From: a candidate division WOR-3 bacterium
GTDB taxonomy: Bacteria; Hydrothermota; Tepidihabitantia; Tepidihabitantales; Tepidihabitantaceae
Direction: 5' to 3'
NCBI GenBank assembly: GCA_965649295.1
Contig: CBFGKH010000009.1
Span: 1 to 64,000, forward strand
Length of the DNA: 64,000 bases
The position numbers and the translations under genes were made by a program. How positions within the stretch are numbered: position 1 is the first letter of the stretch; the number at the start of each line of letters is the position of its first letter. The notes beneath the pieces were generated by a model that saw only the letters and a program-made list of their open reading frames with translations, was not told where the DNA came from and searched no databases. Below, piece by piece: positions 1-8,971 of this stretch.

Positions 1-425
1 AGCTGATGGTGTTGTTGTTTTGGATATCGCGGGTTGGACTTGGCGCAGAGGACGGTGCGCAGCTCAAGACCCGCGGGAATCGGTCGGAAGACTGGGCTGG
101 GGTCTCGCGGCGGCACTCCGAAGCGTCGGGCGTAGTTGGGGATGAAGACCCGATAGCGGTAGTCGGTGTCTTGGGCTGAACCGGTGATGTGCTGGTCGAG
201 TTCTGCGACCAGTCGGCCCCGGAATGTGCCGTTGATGCGTTCGTTGTGGCCTGCGCCGATAGCCACGAGAAGGTCCGATGGATGACAGTGAGCCGTCTCA
301 CTTCCGGCTCCACGAAGTGCGCGTGTTCCAACACGCAAACTGCATACCGTCAGTCAGCCCGTTACTGTCAATATGACATTTTCCGCTGCGGCATCACCCT
401 ATGACATTATCGCTGCTGTTGCACA
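1..425 (-). mobile_element. Internally deleted, frameshifted ISNCY/IS1202-like insertion sequence remnant (left end; continues beyond window start)
   Basis: The minus strand gives EVRRLTVIHRT (275-304, transposase N-terminus-like), joined almost directly to ..NERINGTFRGRLVAEL..FIPNYARRFGVPPRDP.PVFRPIP.GLELRTVLCAK, then a frameshift to TRDIQNNNTIS. This resembles the post-DDE region of IS1202/ISNCY transposases. The element end reads TGT at 425-423, followed by two TATGACATT..CGCTGC repeats (372-388, 400-416). Confidence 0.7.
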
Positions 426-521
426 ACTCAACTTTGGCTGCTACCTTTGACTTGTCCATAGGCCGTCGCTATATTACTCAATCAGCAAGCATTTGCCCTG
501 TGTAAAGGAGCTGTCGCAGAT

Positions 522-1508
522 ATGAAGAAAGATATGAAGCGTGTGCTCGTAACCGGCGCAGTTGGTCAGATCGGGTCGGAGCTAACGCTGGCACTGCGCA
601 AGAAGTATGGTGCCGAGAACGTGATTGCTACCGGCCGCAAAACTCAGCCCAGCGCGGCACTGCGGGACAGCGGGCCATTCTACTTCATTGATGTCACCAA
701 ACGGGACTCGCTGGAGGAACTGGTTCGCAAACATGACATTGATACCATCTATCACATGGCTGCTATCCTTTCGGCGGTAGGCGAGAAGAACCCACAGCTC
801 TGCTGGGACGTGAATGTCAATGGTACACTCACTGTGCTCGAATGTGCCCGTGACCACGAGATGGCACGGGTTATCATCCCGAGTTCGATAGCGGTCTTCG
901 GGCCCGAAACACCGCGTGACCGCACTCCGAACGACACGATTCTCAAGCCCCGGACGATGTATGGAGTTACCAAGGTTGCTGGTGAGCTGCTGGGTGACTA
1001 CTATTTCCGGCGCTTCGGGTTGGATGTGCGTGGACTTCGTTATCCCGGCATCATTTCGTATGAGACCCTGCCCGGTGGTGGTACGACCGATTTTGCTGTG
1101 GCCATCTATTTTGAGGCAGTGCTCTATGGCAAGTACAAGTGCTTCGTTCGGGAGGATACACGATTGCCGATGATGTACATGCCGGACTGCATCAAGGCGA
1201 CTATTGATCTGGCCGAAGCCGATATCAGTCGGCTCAAGCATCACTGTGATTTCAATGTCGGGGCGATGAGCTTCTCTGCCGGTGAGTTGGCTGCCAGTAT
1301 CAAGAAGTACATTCCGGACTTTGTCTGTACGTATGAACCTGATTTTCGTCAGCAGATCGCTGATTCGTGGCCGATGTCACTTGATGACAGTGCGGCCCGT
1401 GAGGAGTGGGGCTGGCAGCCGAGTTACGACCTGGACGCGATGACCAGAGATATGTTGAGCGTGCTCCAAGAGCGTCACCGCCAGGGCAAGCTGACCTATT
1501 GTAAGTAA
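522..1508 (+). CDS. tdh: NAD-dependent epimerase/SDR-type L-threonine 3-dehydrogenase
   Basis: TGAVGQIG Rossmann motif, YGVTK catalytic YxxxK, and PGGGTTD(F)A and LPMMYMPD motifs typical of SDR threonine dehydrogenases; AAGGAG upstream. Confidence 0.85.
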   Translation: MKKDMKRVLVTGAVGQIGSELTLALRKKYGAENVIATGRKTQPSAALRDSGPFYFIDVTKRDSLEELVRKHDIDTIYHMAAILSAVGEKNPQLCWDVNVNGTLTVLECARDHEMARVIIPSSIAVFGPETPRDRTPNDTILKPRTMYGVTKVAGELLGDYYFRRFGLDVRGLRYPGIISYETLPGGGTTDFAVAIYFEAVLYGKYKCFVREDTRLPMMYMPDCIKATIDLAEADISRLKHHCDFNVGAMSFSAGELAASIKKYIPDFVCTYEPDFRQQIADSWPMSLDDSAAREEWGWQPSYDLDAMTRDMLSVLQERHRQGKLTYCK

Positions 1509-1522
1509 GCTGGAGGGCGGCC

Positions 1523-2011
1523 TTGCTCTACTATCCGCGCAAGGACCTGTGTCAGTTCTTTGACCCGGAGCGCATCTACTACGGCGAGGGTCGAGGCGAG
1601 ACCGGGGTCTGCCTGCATCTGCCAATCAAAGGGTACGTGGCTGGGACCGCACCGATGGAAGACTTCATGCTAATGATAACAGTTGCCAATACCCTCATCG
1701 AGTTTCTGCTTTACAAACGGGCAGTGCGCGGTCCTGAGGCCTGGGATTACGACGCTGAGAAGGCCGGTGAACCCTACACTGTCTGTGGTGATAACCTCAA
1801 TACCTCGGGTGTCCAGATATTCGACCGCAGCTACCCCGGCGGTCCGAAGCTGTTTGTCTTCCTCGACAAAACATTTGGTTCCAACGAAATTGCCATTGGC
1901 TGGAAGAATCAGCGGGCTGGCGACGAGAAGTTGCTGGCTGATTTCGAGCAGTATCTTAAGGAGGGGCTGGCCTGCGGCGCTTTTGCCGTAAATGAGGAAG
2001 AACAAGGCTAG
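1523..2011 (+). CDS. Hypothetical protein (162 aa)
   Basis: TTG start preceded by GGAGGG directly after tdh; protein-like composition; no recognised motif. Confidence 0.6.
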   Translation: MLYYPRKDLCQFFDPERIYYGEGRGETGVCLHLPIKGYVAGTAPMEDFMLMITVANTLIEFLLYKRAVRGPEAWDYDAEKAGEPYTVCGDNLNTSGVQIFDRSYPGGPKLFVFLDKTFGSNEIAIGWKNQRAGDEKLLADFEQYLKEGLACGAFAVNEEEQG

Positions 2012-2111
2012 CTGGTTGACAAGTTAGGCTGACGGGCTACAATCGAATTGTGTCTGAGGGTCATCCTGCCGGCACGGCCGTAAAGCGGAGAGAGCTGCTG
2101 GGCGTTGTCCA

Positions 2112-3161
2112 ATGATACCAAGCAGGAAGTCTAAAGCAGTCGGTCTTTTTTCAGGGGGGCTTGACTCGATACTAGCCGCCAAACTGATCAGCGAGCAGGG
2201 CGTCAGTGTCGTGGCGCTTCATTTCTGGCTTCCGTTCGCAGTTCCAGGCCGAATCGCCAATGAGGAGCGGCTGAGCAAGTTGGCAGCCCTGGCCGGAGCC
2301 AGTCTGGTCGCGCTGGAGGCCGGTGAGGATTACCTACGAACAGTTAGCCAGCCCCAGCATGGCTATGCCCGACAGTTTGCTCCTTGCATTGATTGCATGC
2401 TCTACATGCTGGCCAAGGCGCGCGAGCTGGCGCGTGAGATCAAGGCTGATTTCATATTCACCGGTGAGGTTGTCGGCCAGCGGGCAGTTTCCCAGAACAA
2501 GCGTGGTCTGAAGGCAATCGAGAAGGCCTCAGGCATGGAGGGAAGGTTGCTGCGTCCACTTTCGGCAAAGCTGCTCGAACCGACCATTCCGGAGCTGACT
2601 GGTCTGGTCCGCCGCGAGCGACTGCTTGACTTCAAAGGACGAAGCCGCCGCCGGCAGATTCGGCTGGCCCACGAGTATGGTATCTTCGACTATCCAATAC
2701 CCGGTACTGGCTGTATGCTTCTTGACCGTAACTACGCGGCTCGTGCTCGTGACATCGTTACTCACAATCAGCTTAGCAGCAGCGACATTGAGCTCTTGAA
2801 GTATGGTCGTCATTTCCGACTTGAAAGCGGAGCCAAAGTAATAGTCGGTCGCAACGAGCATGAGAATGCCCGGGTTGAGGCGCTGGTCGGGCCACAGGAC
2901 TTGCTGCTGAAACCGGTTGATGTGATGGGACCGAGTGTGCTACTCCGGGCGGCTAAGATTACCAAGAAAGACACTGAGATAGCGGCACGGATTGCGGCAC
3001 GCTACAGTGATGGGCTAGAGGGTAAACCGGTGAGGTTTATGGCTGGCGGCAAGGAGCTGTCGGTGCGGCCCTATCTGGATAGTGAGATTGACTCCTGGCG
3101 TATTGGGGCAGCGGAGCGGGCGAATCAGAAGGCTAAGGAGACGCCGGCAGCAGAGTCCTGA
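2112..3161 (+). CDS. ThiI/MnmA-like PP-loop tRNA thiouridylase family protein with C-terminal DUF814/NFACT-like RNA-binding domain
   Basis: SGGLDS PP-loop, CIDC, TGEVVGQR, GCMLL and GRHFRL..IVGRN..EN motifs. Confidence 0.8.
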   Translation: MIPSRKSKAVGLFSGGLDSILAAKLISEQGVSVVALHFWLPFAVPGRIANEERLSKLAALAGASLVALEAGEDYLRTVSQPQHGYARQFAPCIDCMLYMLAKARELAREIKADFIFTGEVVGQRAVSQNKRGLKAIEKASGMEGRLLRPLSAKLLEPTIPELTGLVRRERLLDFKGRSRRRQIRLAHEYGIFDYPIPGTGCMLLDRNYAARARDIVTHNQLSSSDIELLKYGRHFRLESGAKVIVGRNEHENARVEALVGPQDLLLKPVDVMGPSVLLRAAKITKKDTEIAARIAARYSDGLEGKPVRFMAGGKELSVRPYLDSEIDSWRIGAAERANQKAKETPAAES

Positions 3162-3208
3162 GCTGGCGTTATTGAGGCTGATTCATCTTTGCTGACAGGA
3201 GAAAGCAA

Positions 3209-3448
3209 ATGGAAGCGGACTTGAAGTCGCAGGTTCAGGAGCTGCTGGACGATGAGATACGGCCGCAGTTGCAGAACGACGGTGGTGACATCGAACTAGT
3301 TGACGTGACCGATGATGGTGTGGTCAAGGTGAGACTGACTGGCCATTGCGCGGGTTGTCCTTTTTCGGCAATGACCCTAGCCTTTGGGGTTGAGAAGACG
3401 CTGAAGGAGCGGATTCCGGCTGTTGCCCGTGTCGAACCGGTTGGCTGA
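3209..3448 (+). CDS. NifU/Nfu-domain Fe-S cluster carrier
   Basis: IRP.LQ.DGGDIELV and G.CAGCP motifs; AGGAG SD. Confidence 0.92.
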   Translation: MEADLKSQVQELLDDEIRPQLQNDGGDIELVDVTDDGVVKVRLTGHCAGCPFSAMTLAFGVEKTLKERIPAVARVEPVG

Positions 3449-3515
3449 TTGGTTCTGCTGTTTTTGGCGGTGAGCAGCCACGGTCTTCCTCATCTAACTC
3501 TGTTTGTTGCCAGAG

Positions 3516-4748
3516 CTAGATGAGCGGTAGTCCTTCGTAGAAGTCCTGGCGAGCAGCAAGGCTGAGTGGCAGCAGGTAATAGGCAGTCGTGTAGAATCCT
3601 ACCCGACGCGGCCGGCGCAGCACCCGGTCGATGATTGCTCCAAGCGAATAGAAATAATCAGCCACGACAGCCGCCTGATTGGCGGCTAGCGCTGGACGGT
3701 AGGCAGTCCGCTGTAGCCGCAGCCGGTGTGAATCTTCCTGAACAAAGACCCGCGGGTAGATGAAATCAAGGTCCAACTGTTGGAGCAGCCGAGCAGTGCC
3801 AAGATAGTCTGGTGTTGTGTCCGGTTTCCTTACTACTGGCACCCGGGCGCCGACGAGCATCCGGGCCGCATGAATTGATTTCACCCGGCGATAGAGTTGA
3901 CGGGTAAGTTGATGGCTGGTACTGGCTTGTTCCAGCTTGCCCCAGAGTAGTGATTCGTCGAGGACAATTGCCTTGACGCCAGCTTTGGCCAACAGTCGTA
4001 GTAACTGGGGATAGTCGAAGATTCGTGTCGATGCGTTTACCAACCACTCGCGACGATAGGGCCAGAGGGCGGCGAAAACCTCAGCATAGTACTCTGGCCA
4101 GCGGGCGACGTCGTCATCGAGTAGATGGACGCGCTTGCCGGGCAGGCTCAGTACTTCGCCGACGATTTCGTCTTTGGAACGTTGAAGGGTCTGATTGTGA
4201 CAGTAGAGCGACTCGGTGCAGTAGGGACGGAAGGGTTCAAGACAGTTGCAACCGCGGGCAAAGCGGATTGACTGATAGCCGCGATGAAGCTCTGGATTGT
4301 AGGGCAGGCTGCGATCAGGAGCAACGTAGGTTGCGCTTGGGATTGCCTGATAGACTTTTTGTAGGTTACCGGCGTCAGCAATGAGGTTTGGCCAGGCTCT
4401 GGTCACGTCGCCGACAACGTGGGAGCGTACCCAGTCAGGCGGGTCTAGTCCCCAGAGCGTTGCCTGCCGGCCGAAGAACACCAGTCGGCCATCAGCCTGG
4501 CTGGCGAGGCTGCGGCCAGCGTCTTCCTGAAACAGATCGATATGGCAGAGCACTAGGTCAGTGTCGTTATCGATGTCCAGTGGTTCGACGCGTTGGTCGC
4601 GATATTGAAAGTCGTGTTCGGGACGGGCCAGTGCCGCAAGGGTCAGTATCTCGAGGTTCGGCTGTCTTGCTCGAACCGACCCACGGGCCGGGTAGCCGCG
4701 GACAAAGCGCTGGCTCTCGTCAGCCAGTGCCAGAGCCAGTATCCTCAC
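3516..4748 (-). CDS. Divergent B12-binding/radical-SAM-like protein
   Basis: N-terminal P.LEILTLAAL, VVGD, RGC, R..DEI..EV and LLDDD resemble B12-radical SAM proteins, but the cysteine motif is CxCx7C; start overlaps the rseP stop (GTGA). Confidence 0.65.
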   Translation of the reverse strand: MRILALALADESQRFVRGYPARGSVRARQPNLEILTLAALARPEHDFQYRDQRVEPLDIDNDTDLVLCHIDLFQEDAGRSLASQADGRLVFFGRQATLWGLDPPDWVRSHVVGDVTRAWPNLIADAGNLQKVYQAIPSATYVAPDRSLPYNPELHRGYQSIRFARGCNCLEPFRPYCTESLYCHNQTLQRSKDEIVGEVLSLPGKRVHLLDDDVARWPEYYAEVFAALWPYRREWLVNASTRIFDYPQLLRLLAKAGVKAIVLDESLLWGKLEQASTSHQLTRQLYRRVKSIHAARMLVGARVPVVRKPDTTPDYLGTARLLQQLDLDFIYPRVFVQEDSHRLRLQRTAYRPALAANQAAVVADYFYSLGAIIDRVLRRPRRVGFYTTAYYLLPLSLAARQDFYEGLPLI

Positions 4749-6040
4749 CGCCGAATCAGGCGCAGGAGGTCGTTGAAGAGAGTGAAGAGCACCAAGAGGC
4801 CAATCATTGCCCAGCCGATGTTGGCGGCCCAGGTCATCTCTTTGACGCTGAGTCGGCGGCGCCGAATCGCACCGACAGCGTCGAGCAGAATCCGGCCACC
4901 GTCGAGGACGGGCACTGGCAGCATGTTGACCACGAAGAGATTGATGGAGAGCAGAGCCCAGAGGGCGAGGAAGTACTCGGCTCCCCAGTTTGCACCTTCG
5001 TAAGCAATCTTGGCAACCATTATCGGGCCGCCAATTGCTTTGGTTGATATCTGCCGGGTAATCACCTTGCCGATAATGACGAAGGTTTGGGCCGCCACGT
5101 AACCGGTGCGTTTGACCGCCTCCCAGATTACGGCCGGTGCTGACAGATTACGTTTCGGCAGCCGCACCCAGACGCCGATCTGACCGATTCGTTGCTCAGA
5201 GAGCTGATCCTGTTCTGTTGCCGGAACTATTGAGTCGGTGAACTCTTCAGTGCCACGCCGCCATGTCAGGGCAACACGTTCACCTGGACGGCTGGTGATG
5301 CCAGCAACAAACTCCTCCCAGCGAGTGATCGGCTTGCCGTCAATTGCGGTGATCAGGTCGCCAGGCCGCAGTCCCAACCTGGCTGCTGGGCTGCCAGCAC
5401 GAACGCGATCAATTACTGGTAGCAGGACAGGGCTAAGTTCTGACGATTCAGCCGGAGGAGTGTAGGTTAGTTGACGCCGGCCGTTATGACTGACCGTTAT
5501 GACTATTTCGCGGCCGCTGTTGCGGGAGAGGACGGCATCGAGCTGGTCAAAGTTGGCAATTGTCTCGCCAGCCGCGAACAGCACCGTATCCCCAGGCAGG
5601 AATCCGGCAAGCACAGCCTGGGAGCTTGGCGCTGGCTCGACTACCGGACTGACGTATTTCATGCCGAAGGCAGCGTACGTCACAACGAGTATGAGAAACC
5701 CTAGCAGTAGGTTCGATACTGGACCGGCGGCAATGACCAGGGCCCGAACTCGGAACGGCTTGTCCATGAATCCACTGCCTGGGGACGGCGTAGCGTCCGC
5801 GGATGGCGGCCCGGCCAATTCTTCCTCGCCGACCATCTTGATGAACCCGCCCAGTGGTATGAGGGAGAGGCGGTATTCGGTTTCGCCGATTCGCTTCTTC
5901 AGTAGCACCGGTCCAAACCCGACCGAGAAAACCTCGACCGGAATCCGGGCAATCTTGGCGACTAGCAAGTGGCCGAACTCATGGATGATTATCAGCACAC
6001 TGATAAAGAGAATCACCCAGACTATCGAAGCAAGATTCAT
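4745..6040 (-). CDS. rseP: RIP metalloprotease RseP (M50, PDZ domains)
   Basis: HEFGH, FSVGFGP, IPLGGFIKM and NMLPVPVLDGG motifs; follows dxr. Confidence 0.95.
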   Translation of the reverse strand: MNLASIVWVILFISVLIIIHEFGHLLVAKIARIPVEVFSVGFGPVLLKKRIGETEYRLSLIPLGGFIKMVGEEELAGPPSADATPSPGSGFMDKPFRVRALVIAAGPVSNLLLGFLILVVTYAAFGMKYVSPVVEPAPSSQAVLAGFLPGDTVLFAAGETIANFDQLDAVLSRNSGREIVITVSHNGRRQLTYTPPAESSELSPVLLPVIDRVRAGSPAARLGLRPGDLITAIDGKPITRWEEFVAGITSRPGERVALTWRRGTEEFTDSIVPATEQDQLSEQRIGQIGVWVRLPKRNLSAPAVIWEAVKRTGYVAAQTFVIIGKVITRQISTKAIGGPIMVAKIAYEGANWGAEYFLALWALLSINLFVVNMLPVPVLDGGRILLDAVGAIRRRRLSVKEMTWAANIGWAMIGLLVLFTLFNDLLRLIRR

Positions 6041-6055
6041 AGCCTTTTTCCTCTG

Positions 6056-7210
6056 TTACTCTACCAAATTGCGGGCCAGTTGAGTTGCTCTTTCCTCGGC
6101 CGCGAGCAGCCGGCGGATACTGGGTTTGGCTATTACTCTTTGGTCGGCGAAGTTCGCCATCACCGCAGCGATCAGCTTTGGTATTCTACCAAACTTGATT
6201 CTGCCGGCAAGGAACGATTCTACTGCCACCTGATTGGCAGCGTTGAGCACGCAGGGCATAACTCCGCCAGTCGCCAGCGCCTGATAGGCAAGCTCAAGGC
6301 AAGGGAAGCGCCGCGGATCGGTTGGCCAGAACTCAAGGCAACGTACCTTGCGTAGGTCAAGTGGTCTTGTCAGTGATGGCCGGCGCTCAGGCCAGAGCAG
6401 GGCGTATTGGATGGGCAGCCGCATGTCGGGATTCGACAACTGCGCCATAATCGAACCATCACGGAACTCGACAAGCGAATGGACAATTGATTGCGGGTGT
6501 ATCAACGTTTCGATCTGACTGGCCTTCAGTCCGAACAAGCAGGCGGTCTCGATTACTTCAAGGCCCTTGTTCATCAGGGTAGCCGAGTCCACTGTAATCT
6601 TGCGGCCCATCTTCCAGGTCGGATGGCGGAGCACGGCTTCGATAGTCGCTGCCGGTGGCGGGCCGGTGCGCCAGAACGGTCCGCCAGAAGCGGTGAGCAG
6701 GATACGGCTAACGTCGCTGACCGGTCGGTCGGCAAGGCACTGGTGGACCGCGGCTAGTTCGGAATCGATTGGTAGGACCTGGGCAGCGTGGCGGCGGGCC
6801 AGGCGCATCACATTGTTGCCAAAACCGACAAGAATCTCCTTGGTTGCGATGCAGACGCGCTTGCCTTGTTCGATTGCAGCAAGGACTGGCAATAGGCCGA
6901 CAGTACCAGCCATCGCCATGATGACGGTATCAACCTTGGGGCTAGTGGCAATGTCGATCAGCGCGGCTAGTCCCCAGAGTATCTCCTGCTGCTGGCCGAT
7001 TTTGGCCCTGGCCTGCTGGCAGGCATTGAGGTTGGTCATTGCAACGTATTTTGGTCGGTACCGTTGCACTTGTTCAACGACGGTCTCGGCGGACTGACCG
7101 GCAGCGAGAGCGATCAGTTCGAGACGGTCGGGATGGTGGTTGATGACTTCGAGTGCTGCCCGACCGATTGAACCGGTTGAGCCAAAAACGGCTACGCGCT
7201 GACGCCGCAA
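6056..7210 (-). CDS. dxr: 1-deoxy-D-xylulose 5-phosphate reductoisomerase
   Basis: GSTGSIG, LPIDSE, LTASGGPF, HPTWKMGRKITVDSATLMNKGLE and PDMRLPI motifs. Confidence 0.97.
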   Translation of the reverse strand: MRRQRVAVFGSTGSIGRAALEVINHHPDRLELIALAAGQSAETVVEQVQRYRPKYVAMTNLNACQQARAKIGQQQEILWGLAALIDIATSPKVDTVIMAMAGTVGLLPVLAAIEQGKRVCIATKEILVGFGNNVMRLARRHAAQVLPIDSELAAVHQCLADRPVSDVSRILLTASGGPFWRTGPPPAATIEAVLRHPTWKMGRKITVDSATLMNKGLEVIETACLFGLKASQIETLIHPQSIVHSLVEFRDGSIMAQLSNPDMRLPIQYALLWPERRPSLTRPLDLRKVRCLEFWPTDPRRFPCLELAYQALATGGVMPCVLNAANQVAVESFLAGRIKFGRIPKLIAAVMANFADQRVIAKPSIRRLLAAEERATQLARNLVE

Positions 7211-7872
7211 AGTAATGCCTGGCAGAGGATTAGGTCTTCTCGGTATGTAACTTTGATGTTCGTTCGGGGCCCGGGCAGCCAGTAGGGACGTATGCCAAGT
7301 TTCTCGACTAGTGCGCAGTCGTCGGTCACCAGGGCAGCGGAGAATCGCTCGTGGGCCTTGCGCAGCAGTTCGATATCAAAGAATTGTGGGGTTTGGACAG
7401 CAATCAGGTCGTGACGCTCAACCGTGGTGATGACAGTCCGCCCTGCTGTCCTTTTCAGAGTGTCGGTGACCGGGTAACCGTAGGTTACGGCCCGATAACG
7501 ACGGCAAGCCCGGATGCCGGTAGTGAGCATGGACGGAGTAATCAGTGGCCGGGCAGCATCGTGGACAGCGACAATGCCACGGTCGGGCAGGGCAGCCAGA
7601 CCATTGCGAACCGACTCGCTGCGGTCTTTGCCGCCAACTGTGACCTGGAGCAACTTGGCGGTTGCTGATTTCGAAACCAGGCGCTGGACGGGTCCTACCT
7701 TGGTCGCGCTAGTGACAATTACCAGGCCGGCGATGCTTGGGCAACTAGTGAATGCCTTGACTGAATGGAGTAAGAGCGGCTGTCCGGCTAGTTCGGCAAA
7801 CTGTTTGGCACCACCGAACCGACGGCCAGCGCCGGCCGCAACGATTAGGCCAAAGGCAGGTAACGACCGGAT
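7192..7872 (-). CDS. ispD: 2-C-methyl-D-erythritol 4-phosphate cytidylyltransferase (start uncertain; ATC at 7872 proposed)
   Basis: The frame of ORF 7192..7653 stays open upstream and encodes LIVAAGAGRRFGGAKQF; it also has GG..RSESV.NGL, VHDAARP, QTPQ.F, TDD and NIKVT..EDL. Confidence 0.9.
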   Translation of the reverse strand: MRSLPAFGLIVAAGAGRRFGGAKQFAELAGQPLLLHSVKAFTSCPSIAGLVIVTSATKVGPVQRLVSKSATAKLLQVTVGGKDRSESVRNGLAALPDRGIVAVHDAARPLITPSMLTTGIRACRRYRAVTYGYPVTDTLKRTAGRTVITTVERHDLIAVQTPQFFDIELLRKAHERFSAALVTDDCALVEKLGIRPYWLPGPRTNIKVTYREDLILCQALLCGVSA

Positions 7873-7894
7873 AGTTACAGTAGTGATAAGCCTG

Positions 7895-8899
7895 CTAACT
7901 GAGGTGCGGCGGCGAGAAATAGCGAATCTTCATCGCGGCGCGCACTAGTTCCATTGTCTTGGCGCCTTCTTCACGAGCACGGCGTGTGCCAGCGAGGAGG
8001 ATATCCCAGACCCGGTCTGGTTCTTTTGCCAGCTCGGCACGGCGTTCACGAATCGGCCCGAGCAAATCGTTCAGCTTCTCGACGAGCCGCTTCTTACAGG
8101 GAACGCAGCCGATCGTGCCGGCCTTGCAGCGTTCTTCGATGTCGGCCACTTCGTTGCGGTTGAAGGTTCGATGATAGGCAAAGACAACGCAGACATCAGG
8201 ATGGCCTTTGTCGGTGGGATGAATTCGAGCCGGGTCGGTTACAGCGCTGTTGACCTTGCGTTTGATTTCTTCGGGCGGGTCCGACAGATTGATGGCGTTG
8301 CCGAGGCTCTTTGACATCTTAGTATTACCGTCTAGGCCGACAAGCTTAGGTTCGAGCAGTGCCTCAGGTTCAACAAGTACTTCGGCGTAGGTGGCGTTGA
8401 ACTTACGGACAATCTTCCGTGTCTGCTCAATATGGGGGGCCTGGTCCTCACCAACCGGCACCAAGTGGGCACGGCAAAAGGTGATGTCGGCAGCCTGGCT
8501 CACTGGGTAGCCGAGGAAACCGTAGGGCATCGATTCCTCAAAGTTGTACTGAGCAGCCTCGGTCTTGATGGTTGGGTTATGTAGTAGCTGCTGGACAGTC
8601 ACCAGATTTGAGTAGATAACGGTCAGCTCAGCGATTTCTGGCACCATTGATTGAACAAAGATTGCTGTCTTAGCAGGGTCAACCCCACAGGCAAGATTGT
8701 CAAGGGCAACATTCAGCACATCCTGGTGCAGCCGCTCCGGATGGTCGAAATGGGTAGTGAGCATCTGCATGTCGGCGATGATGATGAACGTCTCGTATTC
8801 GTCCTGGAGTCGGACCCGATTGGCAAGTGAGCCGACGTAGTGGCCGAGATGGAGCGGGCCGGTTGGTCGGTCACCGGTTAGAATACGCTTTCTTGACAT
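7895..8899 (-). CDS. trpS: Tryptophan--tRNA ligase
   Basis: TGDRPTGPLHLGHY (HIGH), VPVGEDQ and KMSKS motifs. Confidence 0.97.
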   Translation of the reverse strand: MSRKRILTGDRPTGPLHLGHYVGSLANRVRLQDEYETFIIIADMQMLTTHFDHPERLHQDVLNVALDNLACGVDPAKTAIFVQSMVPEIAELTVIYSNLVTVQQLLHNPTIKTEAAQYNFEESMPYGFLGYPVSQAADITFCRAHLVPVGEDQAPHIEQTRKIVRKFNATYAEVLVEPEALLEPKLVGLDGNTKMSKSLGNAINLSDPPEEIKRKVNSAVTDPARIHPTDKGHPDVCVVFAYHRTFNRNEVADIEERCKAGTIGCVPCKKRLVEKLNDLLGPIRERRAELAKEPDRVWDILLAGTRRAREEGAKTMELVRAAMKIRYFSPPHLS

Positions 8900-8906
8900 C
8901 GTGCGA

Positions 8907-8934
8907 AGTATAGGCTACTGCCTGAACCGGTCAA
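8907..8934 (-). promoter_or_regulatory. Sigma70-type promoter of trpS (leaderless)
   Basis: TTGACC-N16-TATACT-N7-ATG on the minus strand; no SD. Confidence 0.7.
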
Positions 8935-8971
8935 GAACAGGGCAGCGTAACTTGCGGACCATTTCCTTTCG

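Noticed and set aside
426..460. Xer/dif-like target next to the IS1202-like end
   Set aside because: The flank shows no 11-6-11 XerC/XerD-like arms.
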